Positions 1 through 8,046 of a stretch of 24,000 nt of DNA are shown here, one piece after another. The notes below the pieces were generated by a model that was not told where the DNA came from, did not search any database, and saw only the letters and a program-made list of their open reading frames with translations. Source of the DNA: Pseudomonas sp. AOB-7 (GTDB lineage Bacteria; Pseudomonadota; Gammaproteobacteria; Pseudomonadales; Pseudomonadaceae); NCBI RefSeq assembly GCF_003696305.1, contig NZ_RFFK01000003.1, positions 83,887-107,886 of the forward strand, read 5' to 3'. Each line of letters starts with the position of its first letter. Position 1 is the stretch's first letter. The position numbers and the translations under genes were made by a program.

Positions 1-714
1 CTGGCGCACACCACGCGGCTGATCACCCTGGGCGAACTGGCTTCGGGCATCGCCCACGAGATCAACCAGCCGCTGGCGGCGGTGGTCAACTACGCCAGCG
101 CCAGCCAGCGCTACCTGCAGGGCGTCGGTGGCGATCCGGCCGGTGTCGACAAGGTGGCCCAGGGCCTGGCGCGCATCACCGAGCACGCCAATCACGCCGC
201 GGCAGTGATCAAGCGCCTGCGCGCCTTCCTGCGCAAGGGCCAGCGGCGCATGCAGGCGCTGAACCTGGCCGAGGTGGCGCGCGAGGCGGTGCGTCTGTGC
301 AACTGGGAGGCCGGCGCGGCGCAGGTGGCGATCAGCGACGTCTTGCCGGACAATCTGCCGCCGGTATTCGCCGACCGCGTCCTGCTGGAGCAGGTGCTGC
401 TGAACTTGTTGCGCAACGCCATCGAGGCCAACCGCGATCAGCATCCGGGAGCGCCGTCGCAGATTCGTCTGGAAGCGGGGGAGGGCGACGGCAGCCTGAT
501 GATCCGGGTGATCGACCAGGGGCCGGGCGTCAGCGACGAGCAACTGGCCAAGCTGTTCACGCCCTTCTACACCAGCAAGGCGGACGGCCTGGGCCTCGGC
601 CTGTCCATGAGCCGCAGCATCGTCGAGGGCTTTGGCGGGGCGCTGGAAGCCTTCCCGGCCGAGGGCGGCGGGCTGTGTCTGGAGTGTCGTTTGCCCTTGG
701 GCAGGGACGAGTAG
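1..714 (+). CDS. Sensor histidine kinase, C-terminal part (HisKA + HATPase_c); 5' end lies outside the window
   Basis: Frame 1 is open from nt 1 and reads LAHTTRLITLGELASGIAHEINQPLAA (H-box) ahead of the listed 82..714 ORF. N-box LLNLLRNAIEA, G1 DQGPGV, F-box FTPFYTSK, G2 GLGLGLS. Stop TAG at 712-714. A FixJ-type regulator starts 44 nt downstream. Confidence 0.9.
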   Translation: MAHTTRLITLGELASGIAHEINQPLAAVVNYASASQRYLQGVGGDPAGVDKVAQGLARITEHANHAAAVIKRLRAFLRKGQRRMQALNLAEVAREAVRLCNWEAGAAQVAISDVLPDNLPPVFADRVLLEQVLLNLLRNAIEANRDQHPGAPSQIRLEAGEGDGSLMIRVIDQGPGVSDEQLAKLFTPFYTSKADGLGLGLSMSRSIVEGFGGALEAFPAEGGGLCLECRLPLGRDE

Positions 715-758
715 CCGCGAGCAACGAGAGTCATAACAACAAGAGGAGCAGCACAGGG

Positions 759-1391
759 ATGCAACAACGGGTTTACGTGGTCGATGACGACCAGGGCATG
801 CTCGACTCGACGCTCTGGCTGCTGGAATCGGTGGGCCTGACCGGCGTGCCCTTCACCAGCGGGCGCGCCTTTCTCGACGCCTGCGATCCCAGCGCCAACG
901 CCTGTGTGCTGCTGGACGTGCGCATGCCGGGCATGGGCGGGCTGAACGTGCAGGAGGAGATGCGCGCGCGCGGCATCGACCTGCCGGTGATCTTCGTCAG
1001 CGGCCATGCCGATGTGCCCATAGTCGTGCGCGCGTTCAAGGCCGGCGCGGTGGACTTCATCGAGAAGCCCTACAACGAGCAGCTGTTGCTCGACAGCGTG
1101 CAGCAGGCGCTGGATCGCCGTCCGTCCCGGCCCCGGCACGATCCGCGCCTGGCCGAGGTGCAGGCGCGGCTCGACCAGCTCACCCCGCGCGAGCGTGACG
1201 TGCTGTTGCCGCTGGTGCGCGGCTACACCAACCGCGAAGTCGCCGAGCAGCTCAATATCAGCGTAAAGACCGTCGACCTGTACCGCTCGCGGGTGATGAA
1301 GCGCATGCAGGCCGAGACGCTGGCGGAGCTGGTGGGCATGGCCATCGCCGCCGGCCTGGTGGATGGCCTGGCGCTGCGCGAGACGGCCTGA
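759..1391 (+). CDS. Response regulator, FixJ/LuxR family (REC + LuxR-type HTH)
   Basis: ATG at 759 preceded by AAGAGGAG (741-748). REC motifs VVDDD, LLDVRMPGMGG, IFVSGHADV, KAGAVDFIEKP. C-terminal LTPRERDVLLPLVRGYTNREVAEQLNISVKTVDLYRSRVMKRM. The ORF-track start at 297 is an unlikely upstream extension overlapping the kinase. Confidence 0.92.
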   Translation: MQQRVYVVDDDQGMLDSTLWLLESVGLTGVPFTSGRAFLDACDPSANACVLLDVRMPGMGGLNVQEEMRARGIDLPVIFVSGHADVPIVVRAFKAGAVDFIEKPYNEQLLLDSVQQALDRRPSRPRHDPRLAEVQARLDQLTPRERDVLLPLVRGYTNREVAEQLNISVKTVDLYRSRVMKRMQAETLAELVGMAIAAGLVDGLALRETA

Positions 1392-1395
1392 CGCC

Positions 1396-3999
1396 TCAGC
1401 CCTGCAGACCCGCGCCCTGGCGCACGTCGGCCGGCGTCGGGCCGTGCAGGTCAAGTTGCTCGGCCAGCTGCGGGGCGCCGTAGAGATAGCCCTGGAAGTA
1501 ATGGCAGCCCAGGCGCAGCAGGGCGTCGCGTTGCGCCTGGCTTTCCACGCCCTCGGCTATCACCCGCAGCTCCAGCGCCTGGCCCAGGGCCAGGATGGTG
1601 CGCACTATGGCGGTGTCGCTGGCGCTGCCCTGCAGGTCGTGGACGAAGCTGCGGTCGATCTTCAGCTGGTCCAGCGGCAGGCGCTTGAGGTAGCTCAGCG
1701 AGGAGTAGCCGGTGCCGAAGTCGTCCAGCGAGAAGCGCACGCCGTGGGCCTTGAGCTGGCCCATCTTACCGATCAGCGCCTCGATGTCCTGCACCAGCTG
1801 GCTTTCGGTCAGCTCCAGCTCCAGGCGCTGCGGGTCGGCGCCGCTTTCCGTCAGGGCGGCGAGCACGTCGGCGACGAAGTCGGGGTGGTGGAACTGGCGT
1901 GCGCTGACGTTGATCGCCAGGGTCAGCCCGGCCTGGCGCGGGTCCTGCGCCCAGCTGGCCAGTTGGCGGCAGGCGCTGTGCAGAATCCAGCGGCCCATCG
2001 GCAGGATCAGCCCGCAGCTCTCGGCCAGCGGGATGAACTCGCCCGGCGGCACCAGACCCCGTTGCGGGTGCTGCCAGCGCACCAGGGCTTCGACGCCGAG
2101 CAGTGTGCCGTGCTGGTCGACCTGCGGCTGGTAGTGCAGCAGCAGCTGGCCGTCGGCCAGGGCGCGGCGCAGTTCGTGTTCCAGGGCGGCGCGCGCGTTC
2201 AATGCCTGCTGCATGGCCGGGTCGAAGAAGCGCAGGGTGTTGCGCCCGGCGGCCTTGGCCTCGTACATCGCCAGGTCGGCATGCTTGAGCAGCTCCTCCG
2301 GCCGGGCGTGGGGCTGAGAGAACAGCGCCACGCCGATACTGGCGCTGCAGCTGTGACTGTAGCCGGGCAGCTTGAAGGGAGTGGCCAGGCTCGCCAGCAA
2401 CTTGCCTGCGACCTGCTCGATGGCGGCGATGGCGGCCTGCGGCTCGGGGGCGAGGTTTTCCAGCATCAGCACGAACTCGTCGCCGCCCAGGCGCGCCAGG
2501 CTGTCCTCCTGGCGCAGCTGGTCGAGCAGGCGTTCGGCGACCTGCTGCAGCAGCAGGTCGCCCTGGTCGTGGCCGAGGGTGTCGTTGAGGGTCTTGAAGT
2601 TGTCCAGGTCGATGAACAGCAGCGCGCCCTCGCGGCGGTTGCGTGCGCTGCGCGCCAGGGCGAACTGCAGGCGTTCGAGCAGCAAACGGCGGTTGGGCAG
2701 GCCGGTCAGCGCGTCGTAATAGGCCAGTTGGTGAATCTGTTCGAGGTTCTTCTTGTGCTCGCTGATGTCGGTGGAGATGCCGCACAGGGCGTAGATGCTG
2801 CCATCGGCGGCGCGCAGCGGCAGCTTGACCGAGAGGTAGGTGCGTTCGCGCCGACCGTTGCGGTCGCGGTTGGTTTCCTCGGTTTCCATGCGCTCGCCGG
2901 CGAGCACGCGGCGGTCGTTGTCCTGCAGCGCCAGCACGGTCTCGGCGTCGAAGAAGGCGGCGTCGGTCTTGCCGATCACCTGCGCCGGCGGCAGCCCGAA
3001 CAGCTCGCAGACCTTGCGGTTGGCGTACTGGTAGCGAAATTGCGGGTCCTTGATGTAGATGTAGGCCTCGACGCTGTCGAGGATGGTGTTCAGGCGCTCT
3101 TCGCTGGCCTTGAGGTGACGGGTCTTGTCCGCCACCTGGCGGCGCAGCAGCAGGCCACCGCCGACGGCCAGCGCCAGCAGCAGGCCGAGCGTCGCCAGGC
3201 CCCACCAGAGCAGGGTGGGCACGCGCCAGCGCGCCTGCTCGCCGCCCCAGCGCTGCAGCACCTGGTAGTAGATCGAGTCGGGCGCGTCCTGCCAGACCTG
3301 TAGATGCCGGTCGATGGCACTCAGCAGGTCGGCGTTGCGGCCCTTGCGCGTGGCGTAGAACAGCTGCGCCGGCTGGAACATGATCGGCGTGCCGGTCAGG
3401 CGGTAGCTGGGCGCGTTGAAGTCGCCGAACAGATGATTGGCCGCCACCGCATCGGCCTGGCGCGCCACCACCAGCTCGAAGCCCTGGCGCAGGTCGCGCA
3501 GCGGAATCATCTGCGCCTGCAGGCCGAAGCTGTACAGTAGGTTCTGCAGGTACTGGTACTGGACCGACCCCTCCAGCGCGGCGATGCGCAGGCCGCGCAG
3601 GTCGAGCACGCTGCGCAGCTGCACTTCCTCGTGGCTGTACAGCTGCGACCAGCTGAACAGCGACGGCACGCGGTGGAAATCCAGCACGCGGGCGCGCTCC
3701 TCGTTGAAGGCGACGTCCGGCAGCAGGTCGATCTCGCCGTCCTGGGCCAGCTGCAGGCACTGCTGCCAGGCGCAGGGCACGGGCTGCAGCTGCCAGCCCT
3801 CCTCGCGGGCGATGGCCAGCAGCAGCTCGCCGAGAATGCCCGCGGGCTGGCCCGCGTCGTTCTGGAACAGCTTCGGCTCGTTGGCATACAGGCCGACGCG
3901 CACCGTACGCGCCTCGGCCAACAGCGGCCAGGCACCCGCCAGCAGGGCCAGGCAGAGGGCGAACGGGCGGAGACGGATGGACGGCGTGGCGGGCTTCAT
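1396..3999 (-). CDS. Membrane c-di-GMP protein: signal peptide, periplasmic SBP_bac_3-like domain, TM, PAS, GGDEF, EAL
   Basis: Start taken at MKPATPSIRLRPFALCLALLAGAWPLLAEA (ATG, CAT at 3997-3999 on the + strand). TM WWGLATLGLLLALAVGGGLLL. GGDEF intact (RLGGDEFVLM) with RQED five residues upstream (I-site RxxD). EAL motifs EALVRW, DDFGTGYSSLSYL, EGVE. Confidence 0.9.
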   Translation of the reverse strand: MKPATPSIRLRPFALCLALLAGAWPLLAEARTVRVGLYANEPKLFQNDAGQPAGILGELLLAIAREEGWQLQPVPCAWQQCLQLAQDGEIDLLPDVAFNEERARVLDFHRVPSLFSWSQLYSHEEVQLRSVLDLRGLRIAALEGSVQYQYLQNLLYSFGLQAQMIPLRDLRQGFELVVARQADAVAANHLFGDFNAPSYRLTGTPIMFQPAQLFYATRKGRNADLLSAIDRHLQVWQDAPDSIYYQVLQRWGGEQARWRVPTLLWWGLATLGLLLALAVGGGLLLRRQVADKTRHLKASEERLNTILDSVEAYIYIKDPQFRYQYANRKVCELFGLPPAQVIGKTDAAFFDAETVLALQDNDRRVLAGERMETEETNRDRNGRRERTYLSVKLPLRAADGSIYALCGISTDISEHKKNLEQIHQLAYYDALTGLPNRRLLLERLQFALARSARNRREGALLFIDLDNFKTLNDTLGHDQGDLLLQQVAERLLDQLRQEDSLARLGGDEFVLMLENLAPEPQAAIAAIEQVAGKLLASLATPFKLPGYSHSCSASIGVALFSQPHARPEELLKHADLAMYEAKAAGRNTLRFFDPAMQQALNARAALEHELRRALADGQLLLHYQPQVDQHGTLLGVEALVRWQHPQRGLVPPGEFIPLAESCGLILPMGRWILHSACRQLASWAQDPRQAGLTLAINVSARQFHHPDFVADVLAALTESGADPQRLELELTESQLVQDIEALIGKMGQLKAHGVRFSLDDFGTGYSSLSYLKRLPLDQLKIDRSFVHDLQGSASDTAIVRTILALGQALELRVIAEGVESQAQRDALLRLGCHYFQGYLYGAPQLAEQLDLHGPTPADVRQGAGLQG

Positions 4000-4078
4000 G
4001 CGCGAGTCGGCTTCCCTTCGGTGGAGGTCCAACAACCTGAGTTGCAGTATGGCCTGCCGCGGCGAGGATGCGAGCTTG

Positions 4079-4121
4079 GCAGGCCGTTGAAAACCGTAGG
4101 TGGTTTTTCAACAGCCCCTGC
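4079..4121. repeat. Hairpin-only (short) form of the intergenic repeat family; possible terminator of the methyltransferase gene
   Basis: GCAGGCCGTTGAAAACC (4079-4095) / GGTTTTTCAACAGCCCCTGC (4103-4121) form an imperfect inverted repeat. The arms resemble the terminal arms of the 10023-10166 element (AGCAGGCCGTGGAAAAAC / GTTTTTCAACGGCCTGCT). Confidence 0.5.
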
Positions 4122-4732
4122 TAGTCGGCCCAGCCGCGATAGACATGGGTCATCGGCCGCGGCCCCTTGAGGTAGCCGCTGTCCAGCTGGCGGACATGAA
4201 AGCCGCCGGCTTCGATCAGCGCGGGGATGTCGCGGTCCAGGTGGCAGCCGCCGGCCAGCGGTTTCCACCAGGGCGTCAGGCGCTTCTGCCAGCGCAGCAC
4301 CGGCAGGTCCGGGGCCAGGCCGTGCTCGCCGAACAGCAGGCGGCCGCCGGGCTTGAGCACGCGGCGCATCTCGCGCAGGGCCGCCACGGCGTCGGGGATG
4401 GTGCACAGGGTGAAGGTACAGACGATATCGTCGAAGCTGGCGTCCTCGGCCTGGATCTGCCCCAGTTCCAGGGCGATCATTTCCACCGGCACCGCGCAGG
4501 CGGCGGCGCGGCTTCTGGCCAGGGCCTGCATTGCGGCGGACGGGTCGACGCCGACTACCCTCTCGACGCGCTGCGGATCATAAAACCCCAGGTTGAGGCC
4601 GCTGCCGATGCCGATCTCCAGCACCCGTCCGCGCGCCAGGGGCACGAGCTGCGCGCGCACCTTCATCACCTCGCCCATGCCGCAGGCGAAATCGATCAGG
4701 TGCGGCAGGATATGGCGCTCGTAGAGGCCCAC
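4121..4732 (-). CDS. Class I SAM-dependent methyltransferase (Methyltransf_11-like)
   Basis: 203-aa ORF. Motif I VLEIGIGSGLN, post-I VGVDPS, later LKPGGRLLF. GTG start at 4732, 3 nt after the upstream stop. Stop TAG at 4121-4123. Confidence 0.85.
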   Translation of the reverse strand: MGLYERHILPHLIDFACGMGEVMKVRAQLVPLARGRVLEIGIGSGLNLGFYDPQRVERVVGVDPSAAMQALARSRAAACAVPVEMIALELGQIQAEDASFDDIVCTFTLCTIPDAVAALREMRRVLKPGGRLLFGEHGLAPDLPVLRWQKRLTPWWKPLAGGCHLDRDIPALIEAGGFHVRQLDSGYLKGPRPMTHVYRGWAD

Positions 4733-4735
4733 GGT

Positions 4736-5068
4736 TCAGGCCTCGTCGGCGTCGTCAGTCTCGTTGTCGCCGCGAAAGGCGGCGAAGCACTTGAGGCTGT
4801 GGCTCGCGTCGCTGCCGTCGAGGCGCCAGCTGTCGTCCTCCGCGACGTGCCGGGCGGCCTGCACCGCGGCCAGGGAGAACTGCCACAGGCGGCGCTCGCG
4901 ACCGTCGATGCAGTGCACCTGCAGCAGTGGCTTGGTCGCGCTGTCGGCGCTGCCGGAGCTGACCTGGGCCAGCAGTTCGGTGTCGAGGTCGAACTGCCAG
5001 GCGTGCAGGCCGTCGATCTCCAGCATGTCGGCGTTTTGCAGGGCTTCGATCAGGCTTGTCGGTTGCAT
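4736..5068 (-). CDS. Small acidic hypothetical protein (about 110 aa), no family recognised
   Basis: ORF 4736..5080. The first ATG is at 5068 (MQPTSLIEALQ...); a GTG at 5080 is the alternative start. GC3-rich codon usage matches its neighbours. It lies 4-16 nt after the upstream stop and 3 nt before the downstream start. Acidic tail DNETDDADEA. Confidence 0.6.
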   Translation of the reverse strand: MQPTSLIEALQNADMLEIDGLHAWQFDLDTELLAQVSSGSADSATKPLLQVHCIDGRERRLWQFSLAAVQAARHVAEDDSWRLDGSDASHSLKCFAAFRGDNETDDADEA

Positions 5069-5084
5069 TGCTTCGTCCACGGCG

Positions 5085-5726
5085 TCAGCGCCCCAGGCGG
5101 CGCAGGTCGGAGGACTCTATCACGCGCACGCCATCCTCTTCCTCCAGGGCCAGGCGCCACAGCGCGCGGGCCAGGGCGCAGGCCTCGATGCCGCGGTACT
5201 TGCCCGGCAGCCAGCGCAGCAGCGGCGCGGCCAGGCGTTCGCCGAGGCGGAACTCGCGGCGCGCGCCGAGCAGCAGCGAGGGGCGGACGATGGTCAGTTG
5301 CGGCCAGTCCATGGCTTTCAGCGCCTGTTCGGTCTCGCCCTTGACGCGGTTGTAGAACACCGAGGAATTGGGATCGGCGCCGAGGGCGCTGACCACCAGC
5401 AGATGCCGTGCGCCCAGCTCGCGGGCGCGGCGGGCGAAGGCCAGGACCAGGTCGTGATCGATGGCGCGGAAGGCCTCCTGCGAGCCGGCCTGCTTGATCG
5501 TGCTGCCCAGGCAGCAGAAGGCGGTGTCGACGGGCCCGGCCAGCTGCGGCAGCAGCTCGGCCAACTCGCCCACCGGGTTGTCCAGGTGGGCGTGGGTGGC
5601 CAGCGGCCGGCGCGTCGGTGCCAGCACGCGGGCCACGGTGGGTTCGCTGAGCAGGCGGTCGAGCAGGTGTTCGCCGGTGAGGCCGGTGGCGCCGGCGAGC
5701 AGGATGTGCTGCGGGGTCAGGTACAT
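5085..5726 (-). CDS. NAD(P)H-binding protein (atypical SDR / NmrA-like Rossmann fold)
   Basis: 213 aa. N-terminal [15 protein letters not shown] (GxxGxxG Rossmann motif). ATG at 5726. Confidence 0.85.
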   Translation of the reverse strand: MYLTPQHILLAGATGLTGEHLLDRLLSEPTVARVLAPTRRPLATHAHLDNPVGELAELLPQLAGPVDTAFCCLGSTIKQAGSQEAFRAIDHDLVLAFARRARELGARHLLVVSALGADPNSSVFYNRVKGETEQALKAMDWPQLTIVRPSLLLGARREFRLGERLAAPLLRWLPGKYRGIEACALARALWRLALEEEDGVRVIESSDLRRLGR

Positions 5727-5756
5727 GCAGTTGTCTCTTGTCCGTTACAGCTGAGC

Positions 5757-7481
5757 TTAGTCGTTGGCGTCGTTGCTGGCCACGGCGCTGAGGGCGCGTT
5801 CGGCCTGGCTCTGGCGCAGGCTGCGCCAGTGCTGGAGCACGCCGCGCGGGGCCCAGATCTGCGGTTCGGAGGGTTGATAGTCGTCGGCCTGTTCGCGTTC
5901 GGCGACGCGTTCCTTGGCCAGTTCGAAGGCGCGTTCGAGGTTGTCGGTCTCTCCCAGGGCCTCGGCGAACAGGGCGCGGCCGAAGTAGGTGAAGTCGTTC
6001 TCTTCGCTGCAGCCGAAGGATACCCGGTCGGCGCGCGCGGCGGTCATCACCAGGGTCTTGTCGTCCTTGAGCGGCGGGATGAAACCGCCGGAATAGCAGG
6101 CCGAGATCACCACCACCTTGTGCCGCTGCTTGAGCGGGGCGAGCAGCGCGGCGAGCTCGCTGGCGGGCAGGTCGGCCAGCTGCAGGCGCGGCTGGTCGAG
6201 GTTGAGCTCGTGCTCGCGCGAGCCGTGGCTGGTCAGGTAGATGAACACCAGGTCTTCCTCGCCGCTGCGCTCGGCCAGGGCCTGCACCGCGCGGCTGAGG
6301 TTCTCGCGGGTGGCCAGCGGGCGGTCGGCGAGGTGGTCGCGGTGGTTGATCAGGCTGATGCTGCCGTGGGCGCCGAAGCGCTCGCGCAGCAGGCGGCTGA
6401 CGTAGTCTGCCTCGCGCATGAACACGCTCTGCTTGCCGTCGCCGGCCAGGGTCAGGGCGTACAGCTCGCGCGCGGGGGTGGAGGCGGGCAGCGCGGCGAT
6501 GGCCTCGTCGAGCAGCCGGCCCTGCTGCAGCAGGCCCAGTTCCAGGGCATCCGGCAGGGCCTGGCCCTGTTCGTCGCGCACGCGCCGGCCGCGTTGCCAG
6601 GTGCCGGCCTGGCGGCTGCCGTCGGCCAGGGTCAGGGTGCCGTTGCCGGCATAGTCGCCGGCGACGAACTGGCCCTGGTAGTGGCTGCCGTCGGCCAGGG
6701 TCAGCAGGCCCTCGCCCTGGTAGCGCCACTCCTCGAACTGGCCGACATAGCGGCTGCCGTCGCTGCCGATGTACTCGCCCGGGCCGTCGAGCACGCCCGC
6801 GCTGAATTCGCCGCTCCAGACGTCGCCAGCCGCGCTCTGGTAGCGGCCCTTGCCGTGGAACTCGCTGTCCTTGAAGCCGCCGCTGTAGGTGTCGCCCTCG
6901 GCGTTGCTGAAGCTGCCCTGGCCGTTGAGCTGGCCCTGGCTGAACACCCCGCTGAACTGGTTGCCGTAGGCGTCGCGGCGGACCCCCTGGCCTTCCGGCT
7001 GGCCGTTGACGAACTGGCCCTGGAAGCTGCTGCCGTCGGCCGTTTCGAGTTTGCCCAGGCCGTGGAAACGGTCGTCGGCGAATTCGCCCTGGTAGCGCTG
7101 GCCGCCCTGTTCCAGCAGGCCTTCGCCGGCAAAGCGGTTGTGCGCGAAACCGCCCTGGTAGCGGCTGCCGTCGCTGTAGGTGAGGGTGCCCTGGCCGTGG
7201 AACATGCCCTGGCGAAATTCCCCCAGGTAATGTTCGCCGCCCGGGCCCTGCCATTCGCCGGGGCCGTCGAGCTGGCCGTCCTTGAACTGGCCGACGAACC
7301 AGCTGCCGTTGCGGTAGTCCAGACGCCCCGAGCCCTGCAGCAGGCCGTCGACTATCTCGCCGCGGTACTGCGCGCCGTCGGGCAGCACGGCATCGGCCGG
7401 CAGCAGGCTGCGCGCCTCATCGCAGCCGCCGAGCAGCAGGGTCAGGCAGAGGGGCAGTAGGCGCAGCGCAAGCGGCTTCAT
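5757..7481 (-). CDS. Lipoprotein with 11 MORN repeats and a C-terminal peptidase C13 (legumain/GPI8-like) domain
   Basis: ATG at 7481 gives MKPLALRLLPLCLTLLLGGC (lipobox LGGC). Eleven 22-23-aa Y/FxGxFxxGxxxGxG units follow. The C-terminal half has a His/Cys dyad context, IYLTSHGS and VVVISACYSGGF. The track start at 7523 is a TTG extension. Confidence 0.85.
   Translation of the reverse strand: MKPLALRLLPLCLTLLLGGCDEARSLLPADAVLPDGAQYRGEIVDGLLQGSGRLDYRNGSWFVGQFKDGQLDGPGEWQGPGGEHYLGEFRQGMFHGQGTLTYSDGSRYQGGFAHNRFAGEGLLEQGGQRYQGEFADDRFHGLGKLETADGSSFQGQFVNGQPEGQGVRRDAYGNQFSGVFSQGQLNGQGSFSNAEGDTYSGGFKDSEFHGKGRYQSAAGDVWSGEFSAGVLDGPGEYIGSDGSRYVGQFEEWRYQGEGLLTLADGSHYQGQFVAGDYAGNGTLTLADGSRQAGTWQRGRRVRDEQGQALPDALELGLLQQGRLLDEAIAALPASTPARELYALTLAGDGKQSVFMREADYVSRLLRERFGAHGSISLINHRDHLADRPLATRENLSRAVQALAERSGEEDLVFIYLTSHGSREHELNLDQPRLQLADLPASELAALLAPLKQRHKVVVISACYSGGFIPPLKDDKTLVMTAARADRVSFGCSEENDFTYFGRALFAEALGETDNLERAFELAKERVAEREQADDYQPSEPQIWAPRGVLQHWRSLRQSQAERALSAVASNDAND
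6579..7367 (-). repeat. Coding tandem repeat, 69-bp period (the MORN units of the gene above)
   Basis: 23-codon periodicity. A perfect 21-bp direct repeat GCTGCCGTCGGCCAGGGTCAG occurs at 6615-6635 and 6684-6704, exactly 69 bp apart. Confidence 0.8.
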
Positions 7482-7590
7482 GGCAGACGTCCGGGTCGGG
7501 GCATTGCCGGCAGTATGCCGCAAGCGCGGGCGCTTGCGCTGCTGCGCCGCACGCTTCGGCGAAGGGCGGGGCGGAGCCCGCCGCGAGGGG

Positions 7591-8046
7591 TCAGACGAAG
7601 CAGAGGGTCAGCGGTTCGGCGATATAGGCCGGTTTTTCCTGGCCTTCGATCTCCAGCACGGCGCGGGCCTTGAGCAGCCACTGGCCGGGGTTCTTCTCGT
7701 TGGCGTCGGTCAGGGTCACCGTCAGGCGCACCTTGGAATCGACCTTCACCGGCTGGATGAAGCGTACGCTGTCGAGGCCGTAATTCACCGCCATCTTCAG
7801 GCCCTGGGGCATGATCATGATGCCTTCCATCAGCATCGGCACCAGCGACAGCGACAGGAAGCCGTGGGCGATGGTGGTGCCGAAGGGGGTCAGCTTGGCC
7901 TTTTCCGGGTCGACGTGGATGAACTGGTGGTCGCCGGTGCATTCGGCGAACTGGTTGATGCGCTGCTGGTCGATGGTCAGCCACTCGGACTTGCCGAGTT
8001 CCTTGCCAACATAGTCCTTGAGCTCTGCTACGGGTACGAACGGCAT
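7591..8046 (-). CDS. MaoC/NodN-like single hotdog dehydratase (151 aa)
   Basis: ATG at 8046 with GGAGG 5 nt upstream. MPFVPVAELKDYVGKELGKSEW... Hydratase-type motif TGDHQFIHVDPEKAKLTPFGTTIAHGF. The 387-aa track ORF is an upstream extension across the intergenic region. Confidence 0.9.
   Translation of the reverse strand: MPFVPVAELKDYVGKELGKSEWLTIDQQRINQFAECTGDHQFIHVDPEKAKLTPFGTTIAHGFLSLSLVPMLMEGIMIMPQGLKMAVNYGLDSVRFIQPVKVDSKVRLTVTLTDANEKNPGQWLLKARAVLEIEGQEKPAYIAEPLTLCFV

Noticed and set aside
3999-4035. Longer N-termini offered by the ORF track: 4035 for the GGDEF-EAL gene, 7523 (TTG) for the lipoprotein, 8293 for lrgA, 297 for the response regulator, 19533 and 20781 for the DUF4136 and GNAT genes
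   Set aside because: The internal ATG starts give proper signal peptides, lipoboxes or domain N-termini and sit behind recognisable SD sequences. The extensions overlap upstream genes or add non-homologous leaders.
1363-4111. Long ORFs 1363..3303 (+) and 1766..4111 (-) overlapping the GGDEF-EAL gene
   Set aside because: Same high-GC artefact, with Arg/Pro/Ala-rich translations. Only the 1396..3999 frame encodes the SBP, PAS, GGDEF and EAL motifs.
6579-7367. Regular 69-bp periodic repeats, considered as a possible CRISPR-like or non-coding tandem array
   Set aside because: The period equals 23 codons and is in frame within a long ORF. The units translate to canonical MORN repeats. There is no repeat-spacer structure and no cas genes.
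4764-7460. 898-aa + strand ORF, and the 734-aa minus-strand ORF at 5050..7254, overlapping the MORN-C13, NAD(P)H-binding and hypothetical genes
   Set aside because: These are shadow frames of a high-GC region. The translations are low-complexity Ala/Gly/Arg/Pro strings with no motifs, whereas the 5757..7481, 5085..5726 and 4736..5068 frames carry clear domain signatures and RBS/start contexts.
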